DNA of 64,000 nt. Source: the human T2T-CHM13v2.0 reference genome, Homo sapiens. The notes under the pieces were generated by a model. It saw nothing but the letters and a program-made list of their open reading frames with translations. It was not told where the DNA came from and did not search any database. Shown piece after piece: positions 45,701 through 58,100 of the stretch (its first letter is position 1; every line of letters begins with the position of its first letter). The DNA lies in NCBI RefSeq assembly GCF_009914755.1, contig NC_060939.1; one strand, written 5' to 3'. Made by a program: the position numbers and the translations under genes.

Positions 45701-48700
45701 AAATCGAATCAATTACATTGCAATCCATTACTATTGAGTCCGTTTTATTCCAGTCCACTGCATTCTGGTCCATTCCATTTGATTCCATTCCATTCTATTC
45801 CATTCCATACAGTTGCATTCCATTGGATTCCATGCTATATCTATAAATTCAATTCGAGACCATTGCTTTTGAGTCCATTCTATATGATTCCATTCCATTC
45901 AAGTCCATTACATTTGGTTCAATTCCATTCCATTCCATTCCCTTCCATTCCATTCCATTTGATATCAATCCATTCGATTCCATTCCATTCGAGCACATTC
46001 CATTCGAGTCCATTCCATTCGATGCCATTCCATTTGATTCTATTCCATTAGTCTCCATTCAATTCCATTAATCTCCATTCCATTCCATTCTACTCCAACT
46101 GATTCCATTCCATTCTATTCCTTTCCATTCCATTTCATTCCATTCCATTCCATTTCATTCCATTCCATTCCATTCGTGTCCATTCCACTCCAGTCCATTC
46201 CATTCGTGTCCATTCCATTCCAGTCCATTCCATTTGTGTCCACTGCATTCCATTCCACTCCATTCCATATTATTCCATTACACTCCATTCCATTCTATTA
46301 CTTTCATTTCCATTCAATTCCATTCCATTTGATTCCATTCCACTCGGTTTCATTCCATTTGAGTCCACTCCATTCCATTCCATTCCATTCCATTCAGTTC
46401 CATTCCATTCTGTTCCATTCCATTCCGTTCCATTACATTCCATTCCATTCGGTACCATTCCATATTGTTCCATTCGATTCCATTCGAATCCATTCCATTC
46501 CAGTCCATTCCATTCGATTCCATTCCATTCATTTCAATTCCATTCCATTCCATTCCATTACATTCCACTTGATTCCTCTCCATTCCCTTCCACTGCATTC
46601 CGTTCGATTCCATTCCATTGCATTGCATTCCATTCCATTGGATTGCATTCCATTCGATTCCATTCCATTCGAATCAATTACATAGCAATCCATTACATTC
46701 GAGTCTATTCTCTTCCGTTCCATTCGATTTCGTTCCAATCCATTCGATTCCATTCCATTCGATTCCATTCCATACTATTGCATTCCATTCGATTACATTA
46801 TATTCGAATAAGTTCCATTCAAGACCATTTCTTTTGAGTCCATTCTATTTGAGTCCATTCCCTTTGATTCCATAACATTTGAGTCCATTCAATTCCATTC
46901 CTTTCGTTTCCATTCCATTTGATGCCATTCCATTCAATTCTGTTCTACTCGACTCCAATACATTCAATTCCATTCCATCCGATTCCATTACATTCTTTTC
47001 ATTTCTTATCCATTTCAAGCCATTCCACTCCATTCCATTCCACTCGTTTCCTTTCCATTCGAGTCCATTCCTCTCCAGTCCATTCCGTTCAATCCATTCC
47101 ATTCCAGTCCATTCCATTCGAGTCCGTTCCATTCCAGTCCATTCCATTCGAGTCAATTCCATTCCATTCGATGTCTTTCCATAACGATCCATTCCATTCT
47201 ATTCCTTTCGATTCCATTCCATTCTATTTCATTCCATTCGATTCCCTTCCATTGGACTCCTTTCCATTCGAGTGCATTCCATTCCGTTCCATTTCTTTCC
47301 GTTCTGTACGATTCCTACCGTTCGATTTCATTTTGTTCCAGTCCATTCCTTTCGCGTCCATTCCATTCCATTTCACTCCATTCGATTCCATTCCACTCGA
47401 TTCCACTTCGTTCCATTTCATTGCATTCCATTCTATTCAACTCTATTGCCTTCCATTCCATTCCATTCGATTACATTCCATGCGATTCCATTCGAAATCG
47501 AATCAATTACATTGCAATCCATTACTATTGAGTCCGTTTTATTCCAGTCCACTGCATTCTGGTCCATTCCATTTGATTCCATTCCATTCTATTCCATTCC
47601 ATACAGTTGCATTCCATTGGATTCCATTCTATATGTATAAATTCAATTCGAGACCATTGCTTTTGAGTCCATTCTATATGATTCCATTCCATTCAAGTCC
47701 ATTACATTTGGTTCAATTCCATTCCATTCCATTCCCTTCCATTCCATTCCATTTGATATCAATCCATTCGATTCCATTCCATTCGAGCACATTCCATTCG
47801 AGTCCATTCCATTCGATGCCATTCCATTTGATTCTATTCCATTAGTCTCCATTCAATTCCATTAATCTCCATTCCATTCCATTCTACTCCAACTGATTCC
47901 ATTCCATTCTATTCCTTTCCATTCCATTTCATTCCATTCCATTCCATTTCATTCCATTCCATTCCATTCGTGTCCATTCCACTCCAGTCCATTCCATTCG
48001 TGTCCATTCCATTCCAGTCCATTCCATTTGTGTCCACTGCATTCCATTCCACTCCATTCCATATTATTCCATTACACTCCATTCCATTCTATTACTTTCA
48101 TTTCCATTCAATTCCATTCCATTTGATTCCATTCCACTCGGTTTCATTCCATTTGAGTCCACTCCATTCCATTCCATTCCATTCCATTCAGTTCCATTCC
48201 ATTCTGTTCCATTCCATTCCGTTCCATTACATTCCATTCCATTCGGTACCATTCCATATTGTTCCATTCGATTCCATTCGAATCCATTCCATTCCAGTCC
48301 ATTCCATTCGATTCCATTCCATTCATTTCAATTCCATTCCATTCCATTCCATTACATTCCACTTGATTCCTCTCCATTCCCTTCCACTGCATTCCGTTCG
48401 ATTCCATTCCATTGCATTGCATTCCATTCCATTGGATTGCATTCCATTCGATTCCATTCCATTCGAATCAATTACATAGCAATCCATTACATTCGAGTCT
48501 ATTCTCTTCCGTTCCATTCGATTTCGTTCCAATCCATTCGATTCCATTCCATTCGATTCCATTCCATACTATTGCATTCCATTCGATTACATTATATTCG
48601 AATAAGTTCCATTCAAGACCATTTCTTTTGAGTCCATTCTATTTGAGTCCATTCCCTTTGATTCCATAACATTTGAGTCCATTCAATTCCATTCCTTTCG

Positions 48701-51700
48701 TTTCCATTCCATTTGATGCCATTCCATTCAATTCTGTTCTACTCGACTCCAATACATTCAATTCCATTCCATCCGATTCCATTACATTCTTTTCATTTCT
48801 TATCCATTTCAAGCCATTCCACTCCATTCCATTCCACTCGTTTCCTTTCCATTCGAGTCCATTCCTCTCCAGTCCATTCCGTTCAATCCATTCCATTCCA
48901 GTCCATTCCATTCGAGTCCGTTCCATTCCAGTCCATTCCATTCGAGTCAATTCCATTCCATTCGATGTCTTTCCATAACGATCCATTCCATTCTATTCCT
49001 TTCGATTCCATTCCATTCTATTTCATTCCATTCGATTCCCTTCCATTGGACTCCTTTCCATTCGAGTGCATTCCATTCCGTTCCATTTCTTTCCGTTCTG
49101 TACGATTCCTACCGTTCGATTTCATTTTGTTCCAGTCCATTCCTTTCGCGTCCATTCCATTCCATTTCACTCCATTCGATTCCATTCCATTCGATTCCAT
49201 TCTACTCGATTCCACTTCGTTCCATTTCATTGCATTCCATTCTATTCAACTCTATTGCCTTCCATTCCATTCCATTCGATTACATTCCATGCGATTCCAT
49301 TCGAAATCGAATCAATTACATTGAAATTCATTACTATTTAGTCCGTTTTATTCCAGTCCACTGCATTCTGGTCCATTCCATTTGATTCCATTCCATTCTA
49401 TTCCATTCCATACAGTTGCATTCCATTGGATTCCATGCTATATCTATAAATTCAATTCGAGACCATTGCTTTTGAGTCCATTCTATATGATTCCATTCCA
49501 TTCAAGTCCATTACATTTGGTTCAATTCCATTCCATTCCATTCCCTTCCATTCCATTCCATTTGATATCAATCCATTCAATTCCATTCCATTCGAGCACA
49601 TTCCATTCGAGTCCATTCCATTCGATGCCATTCCATTTGATTCTATTCCATTAGTCTCCATTCAATTCCATTAATCTCCATTCCATTCCATTCTATTCCA
49701 ACTGATTCCATTCCATTCTATTCCTTTCCATTCCATTTCATTCCATTCCATTCCATTTCATTCCATTCCATTCCATTCGTGTCCATTCCACTCCAGTCCA
49801 TTCCATTCGTGTCCATTCCATTCCAGTCCATTCCATTTGTGTCCACTGCATTCCATTCCACTCCATTCCATATTATTCCATTACACTCCATTCCATTCTA
49901 TTACTTTCATTTCCATTCAATTCCATTCCATTTGATTCCATTCCACTCGGTTTCATTCCATTTGAGTCCACTCCATTCCATTCCATTCCATTCCATTCAG
50001 TTCCATTCCATTCTGTTCCATTCCATTCCGTTCCATTCGGTACCATTCCATAGTGTTCCATTCGATTCCACTCGAATCCATTCCATTCCAGTCCTTTCCA
50101 TTCGATTCCATTCCATTCATTTCAATTCCATTCCATTCCATTCCATTCCATTCCACTTGATTCCTCTCCATTCCCTTCCACTGCATTCCGTTCGATTCCA
50201 TTCCATTGCATTGCATTCCATTCCATTGGATTGCATTCCATTCGATTCCATTCCATTCGAATCAATTACATAGCAATCCATTACATTCGAGTCTATTCTC
50301 TTCCGTTCCATTCGATTTCGTTCCAATCCATTCGATTCCATTCCATTCGATTCCATTCCATACTATTGCATTCCATTCGATTAAATTATATTCGAATAAG
50401 TTCCATTCAAGACCATTTCTTTTGAGTCCATTCTATTTGAGTCCATTCCCTTTGATTCCATAACATTTGAGTCCATTCAATTCCATTCCTTTCGTTTCCA
50501 TTCCATTTGATGCCATTCCATTCAATTCTGTTCTACTCGACTCCAATACATTCAATTCCATTCCATCCGATTCCATTACATTCTTTTCATTTCTTATCCA
50601 TTTCAAGCCATTCCACTCCATTCCATTCCACTCGTTTCCTTTCCATTCGAGTCCATTCCTCTCCAGTCCATTCCGTTCAATCCATTCCATTCCAGTCCAT
50701 TCCATTCGAGTCCGTTCCATTCCATTCGATGTCTTTCCATAACGATCCATTCCATTCTATTCCTTTCGATTCCATTCCATTCTATTTCATTCCATTCGAT
50801 TCCCTTCCATTGGACTCCTTTCCATTCGAGTGCATTCCATTCCGTTCCATTTCTTTCCGTTCTGTACGATTCCTACCGTTCGATTTCATTTTGTTCCAGT
50901 CCATTCCTTTCGCGTCCATTCCATTCCATTTCACTCCATTCGATTCCATTCCACTCGATTCCACTTTGTTCCATTTCATTGCATTCCATTCTATTCAACT
51001 CTATTGCCTTCCATTCCATTCCATTCGATTACATTCCATGCGATTCCATTCGAAATCGAATCAATTACATTGCAATCCATTACTATTGAGTCCGTTTTAT
51101 TCCAGTCCACTGCATTCTGGTCCATTCCATTTGATTCCATTCCATTCTATTCCATTCCATACAGTTGCATTCCATTGGATTCCATTCTATATCTATAAAT
51201 TCAATTCGAGACCATTGCTTTTGAGTCCATTCTATATGATTCCATTCCATTCAAGTCCATTACATTTGGTTCAATTCCATTCCATTCCATTCCCTTCCAT
51301 TCCATTCCAGTTGATATCAATCCATTCGATTCCATTCCATTCGAGCACATTCCATTCGAGTCCATTCCATTCGATGCCATTCCATTTGATTCTATTCCAT
51401 TAGTCTCCATTCAATTCCATTAATCTCCATTCCATTCCATTCTACTCCAACTGATTCCATTCCATTCTATGCCTTTCCATTCCATTTCATTCCATTCCAT
51501 TCCATTTCATTCCATTTAATTCCATTCGTGTCCATTCCACTCCAGTCCATTCCATTCGTGTCCATTCCATTCCAGTCCATTCCATTTGTGTCCACTGCAT
51601 TCCATTCCACTCCATTCCATATTATTCCATTACACTCCATTCCATTCTATTACTTTCATTTCCATTCAATTCCATTCCATTTGATTCCATTCCACTCGGT

Positions 51701-52195
51701 TTCATTCCATTTGAGTCCACTCCATTCCATTCCATTCCATTCAGTTCCATTACATTCCATTCCATTCGGTACCATTCCATATTGTTCCATTCGATTCCAT
51801 TCGAATCCATTCCATTCCAGTCCATTCCATTCGATTCCATTCCATTCATTTCAATTCCATTCCATTCCATTCCATTACATTCCACTTGATTCCTCTCCAT
51901 TCCCTTCCACTGCATTCCGTTCGATTCCATTCCATTGCATTGCATTCCATTCCATTGGATTGCATTCCATTCGATTCCATTCCATTCGAATCAATTACAT
52001 AGCAATCCATTACATTCGAGTCTATTCTATTCCGTTCCATTCGATTTTGTTCCAATCCATTCGATTCCATTCCATTCGATTCCATTCCATACTATTGCAT
52101 TCCATTCGATTACATTATATTCGAATAAGTTCCATTCAAGACCATTTCTTTTGAGTCCATTCTATTTGAGTCCATTCCCTTTGATTCCATAACAT
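39753..52195 (+). repeat. 7-unit haplotype block U23-U29 (copy 2, offset about 34.0 kb)
   Basis: Unit-start offsets from copy 1 are 34013, 34008, 34008, 34003, (U8/U27 discordant), 34003 and 33998, with shared markers. Confidence 0.8.
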
Positions 52196-55100
52196 TTGAG
52201 TCCATTCAATTCCATTCCTTTCGTTTCCATTCCATTTGATGCCATTCCATTCAATTCTGTTCTACTCGACTCCAATACATTCAATTCCATTCCATCCGAT
52301 TCCATTACATTCTTTTCATTTCTTATCCATTTCAAGCCATTCCACTCCATTCCATTCCACTCGTTTCCTTTCCATTCGAGTCCATTCCTCTCCAGTCCAT
52401 TCCGTTCAATCCATTCCATTCCAGTCCATTCCATTCGAGTCCGTTCCATTCCAGTCCATTCCATTCGAGTCAATTCCATTCCATTCGATGTCTTTCCATA
52501 ACGATCCATTCCATTCTATTCCTTTCGATTCCATTCCATTCTATTTCATTCCATTCGATTCCCTTCCATTAGACTCCTTTCCATTCGAGTGCATTCCATT
52601 CCTTTCCATTTCTTTCCGTTCTGTACGATTCCTACCGTTCTATTTCATTTTGTTCCAGTCCATTCCTTTCGCGTCCATTCCATTCCATTTCACTCCATTC
52701 GATTCCATTCCACTCGATTCCACTTCGTTCCATTTCATTGCATTCCATTCTATTCAACTCTATTGCCTTCCATTCCATTCCATTCGATTACATTCCATGC
52801 GATTCCATTCGAAATCGAATCAATTACATTGCAATCCATTACAATTGAGTCCGTTTTATTCCAGTCCACTGTATTCTGGTCCATTCCATTTGATTCCATT
52901 CCATTCTATTCCATTCCATACAGTTGCATTCCTTTGGATTCCATGCTATATATATAAATTCAATTCGAGACCATTGCTTTTGAGTCCATTCTATATGATT
53001 CCATTCCATTCAAGTCCATTACATTTGGTTCAATTCCATTCCATTCCATTCCCTTCCATTCCATTCCAGTTGATATCAATCCATTCGATTCCATTCCATT
53101 CGAGCACATTCCATTCGAGTCCATTCCATTCGATGCCATTCCATTTGATTCTATTCCATTAGTCTCCATTCAATTCCATTAATCTCCATTCCATTCCATT
53201 CTACTCCAACTGATTCCATTCCATTCTATTCCTTTCCATTCCATTTCATTCCATTCCATTCCATTTCATTCCATTCCATTCCATTCGCTTCCATTCCATT
53301 CGTGTCCATTCCACTCCAGTCCATTCCATTCGTGTCCATTCCATTCCAGTCCATTCCATTTGTGTCCACTGCATTCCATTCCACTCCATTCCATATTATT
53401 CTATTACACTCCCTTCCATTCTATTACTTTCATTTCCATTCAATTCCATTCCATTTGATTCCATTCCACTCGGTTTCATTCCATTTGAGTCCACTCCATT
53501 CCATTCCATTCCATTCCATTCAGTTCCATTCCATTCCGTTCCATTGCATTCCATTCCATTCGGTACCATTCCATATTGTTCCATTCAATTCCATTCGAAT
53601 CCATTCCATTCCAATCCATTCCATTCCATTCCATTCCATTCCTTTCAATTCCATTCCATTCCATTCCATTCCACTTGATTCCACTTCATTCCCTTCCACT
53701 GCATTCCATTCGATTCCATTCCATTGCATTGCATTCCATTCCATTGGACTGCATTCCATTCGATTCCATTCCATGCGAATCAATTACATAGCAATCCATT
53801 ACATTCGAGTCTATTCTATTCCGTTCCATTCGATTTCGTTCCAATCCATTCGATTCCATTCCATTCGATTCCATTCCATACTATTGCATTCCATTCTATT
53901 ACATTATATTCGAATAAGTTCCATTCAAGACCATTTCTTTTGAGTCCAATCTATTTGAGTCCATTCCCTTTGATTCCATAACATTTGAGTCCATTCAATT
54001 CCATTCCTTTCGTTTCCATTCCATTTGATGCCATTCCATTCAATTCTGTTCTACTCGACTCCAATACATTCAATTCCATTCCATCCGATTCCATTACATT
54101 CTTTTCATTTCTTATCCATTTCAAGCCATTCCACTCCATTCCATTCCACTCGTTTCCTTTCCATTCGAGTCCATTCCTCTCCAGTCCATTCCGTTCAATC
54201 CATTCCATTCCAGTCCATTCCATTCGAGTCCGTTCCATTCCAGACCATTCCATTCGAGTCAATTCCATTCCATTCGATGTCTTTCCATAACGATCCATTC
54301 CATTCTATTCCTTTCGATTCCATTCCATTCTATTTCATTCCATTCGATTCCCTTCCATTGGACTCCTTTCCATTCGAGTGCATTCCATTCCGTTCCATTT
54401 CTTTCCGTTCTGTACGATTCCTACCGTTCGATTTCATTTTGTTCCAGTCCATTCCTTTCGCGTCCATTCCATTCCATTTCACTCCATTCGATTCCATTCC
54501 ACTCGATTCCACTTCGTTCCATTTCATTGCATTCCATTCTATTCAACTCTATTGCCTTCCATTCCATTCCATTCGATTACATTCCATGCGATTCCATTCG
54601 AAATCGAATCAATTACATTGCAATCCATTACAATTGAGTCCGTTTTATTCCAGTCCACTGCATTCTGGTCCATTCCATTTGATTCCATTCCATTCTATTC
54701 CATTCCATACAGTTGCATTCCTTTGGATTCCATGCTATATATTTAAATTCAATTCGAGACCATTGCTTTTGAGTCCATTCTATATGATTCCATTCCATTC
54801 AAGTCCATTACATTTGGTTCAATTCCATTCCATTCCATTCCCTTCCATTCCATTCCAGTTGATATCAATCCATTCGATTCCATTCCATTCGAGCACATTC
54901 CATTCGAGTCCATTCCATTCGATGCCATTCCATTTGATTCTATTCCATTAGTCTCCATTCAATTCCATTAATCTCCATTCCATTCCATTCTACTCCAACT
55001 GATTCCATTCCATTCTATTCCTTTCCATTCCATTTCATTCCATTCCATTCCATTTCATTCCATTCCATTCCATTCGTGTCCATTCCACTCCAGTCCATTC

Positions 55101-58100
55101 CATTCATGTCCATTCCATTCCAGTCCATTCCATTTGTGTCCACTGCATTCCATTCCACTCCATTCCATATTATTCCATTACACTCCATTCCATTCTATTA
55201 CTTTCATTTCCATTCAATTCCATTCCATTTGATTCCATTCCACTCGGTTTCATTCCATTTGAGTCCACTCCATTCCATCCCATTCCATTCAGTTCCATTA
55301 CATTCCATTCCATTCGGTACCATTCCATATTGTTCCATTCGATTCCATTCGAATCCATTCCATTCCAGTCCATTCCATTCGATTCCATTCCATTCATTTC
55401 AATTCCATTCCATTCCATTCCATTCCATTCCACTTGATTCCTCTCCATTCCCTTCCACTGCATTCCGTTCGATTCCATTCCATTGCATTGCATTCCATTC
55501 CATTGGATTGCATTCCATTCGATTCCATTCCATTCGAATCAATTACATAGCAATCCATTACATTCGAGTCTATTCTATTCCGTTCCATTCGATTTTGTTC
55601 CAATCCATTCGATTCCATTCCATTCGATTCCATTCCATACTATTGCATTCCATTCGATTACATTATATTCGAATAAGTTCCATTCAAGACCATTTCTTTT
55701 GAGTCCATTCTATTTGAGTCCATTCCCTTTGATTCCATAACATTTGAGTCCATTCAATTCCATTCCTTTCGTTTCCATTCCATTTGATGCCATTCCATTC
55801 AATTCTGTTCTACTCGACTCCAATACATTCAATTCCATTCCATCCGATTCCATTACATTCTTTTCATTTCTTATCCATTTCAAGCCATTCCACTCCATTC
55901 CATTCCACTCGTTTCCTTTCCATTCGAGTCCATTCCTCTCCAGTCCATTCCGTTCAATCCATTCCATTCCAGTCCATTCCATTCGAGTCCGTTCCATTCC
56001 AGTCCATTCCATTCGAGTCAATTCCATTCCATTCGATGTCTTTCCATAACGATCCATTCCATTCTATTCCTTTCGATTCCATTCCATTCTATTTCATTCC
56101 ATTCGATTCCCTTCCATTAGACTCCTTTCCATTCGAGTGCATTCCATTCCTTTCCATTTCTTTCCGTTCTGTACGATTCCTACCGTTCTATTTCATTTTG
56201 TTCCAGTCCATTCCTTTCGCGTCCATTCCATTCCATTTCACTCCATTCGATTCCATTCCACTCGATTCCACTTCGTTCCATTTCATTGCATTCCATTCTA
56301 TTCAACTCTATTGCCTTCCATTCCATTCCATTCGATTACATTCCATGCGATTCCATTCGAAATCGAATCAATTACATTGCAATCCATTACAATTGAGTCC
56401 GTTTTATTCCAGTCCACTGTATTCTGGTCCATTCCATTTGATTCCATTCCATTCTATTCCATTCCATACAGTTGCATTCCTTTGGATTCCATGCTATATA
56501 TATAAATTCAATTCGAGACCATTGCTTTTGAGTCCATTCTATATGATTCCATTCCATTCAAGTCCATTACATTTGGTTCAATTCCATTCCATTCCATTCC
56601 CTTCCATTCCATTCCAGTTGATATCAATCCATTCGATTCCATTCCATTCGAGCACATTCCATTCGAGTCCATTCCATTCGATGCCATTCCATTTGATTCT
56701 ATTCCATTAGTCTCCATTCAATTCCATTAATCTCCATTCCATTCCATTCTACTCCAACTGATTCCATTCCATTCTATTCCTTTCCATTCCATTTCATTCC
56801 ATTCCATTCCATTTCATTCCATTCCATTCCATTCGCTTCCATTCCATTCGTGTCCATTCCACTCCAGTCCATTCCATTCGTGTCCATTCCATTCCAGTCC
56901 ATTCCATTTGTGTCCACTGCATTCCATTCCACTCCATTCCATATTATTCTATTACACTCCCTTCCATTCTATTACTTTCATTTCCATTCAATTCCATTCC
57001 ATTTGATTCCATTCCACTCGGTTTCATTCCATTTGAGTCCACTCCATTCCATTCCATTCCATTCCATTCAGTTCCATTCCATTCCGTTCCATTGCATTCC
57101 ATTCCATTCGGTACCATTCCATATTGTTCCATTCAATTCCATTCGAATCCATTCCATTCCAATCCATTCCATTCCATTCCATTCCATTCCATTCCTTTCA
57201 ATTCCATTCCATTCCATTCCATTCCACTTGATTCCACTTCATTCCCTTCCACTGCATTCCATTCGATTCCATTCCATTGCATTGCATTCCATTCCATTGG
57301 ACTGCATTCCATTCGATTCCATTCCATGCGAATCAATTACATAGCAATCCATTACATTCGAGTCTATTCTATTCCGTTCCATTCGATTTCGTTCCAATCC
57401 ATTCGATTCCATTCCATTCGATTCCATTCCATACTATTGCATTCCATTCGATTACATTATATTCGAATAAGTTCCATTCAAGACCATTTCTTTTGAGTCC
57501 ATTCTATTTGAGTCCATTCCCTTTGATTCCATAACATTTGAGTCCATTCAATTCCATTCCTTTCGTTTCCATTCCATTTGATGCCATTCCATTCAATTCT
57601 GTTCTACTCGACTCCAATACATTCAATTCCATTCCATCCGATTCCATTACATTCTTTTCATTTCTTATCCATTTCAAGCCATTCCACTCCATTCCATTCC
57701 ACTCGTTTCCTTTCCATTCGAGTCCATTCCTCTCCAGTCCATTCCGTTCAATCCATTCCATTCCAGTCCATTCCATTCGAGTCCGTTCCATTCCAGTCCA
57801 TTCCATTCGAGTCAATTCCATTCCATTCGATGTCTTTCCATAACGATCCATTCCATTCTATTCCTTTCGATTCCATTCCATTCTATTTCATTCCATTCGA
57901 TTCCCTTCCATTGGACTCCTTTCCATTCGAGTGCATTCCATTCCGTTCCATTTCTTTCCGTTCTGTACGATTCCTACCGTTCGATTTCATTTTGTTCCAG
58001 TCCATTCCTTTCGCGTCCATTCCATTCCATTTCACTCCATTCGATTCCATTCCACTCGATTCCACTTCGTTCCATTTCATTGCATTCCATTCTATTCAAC

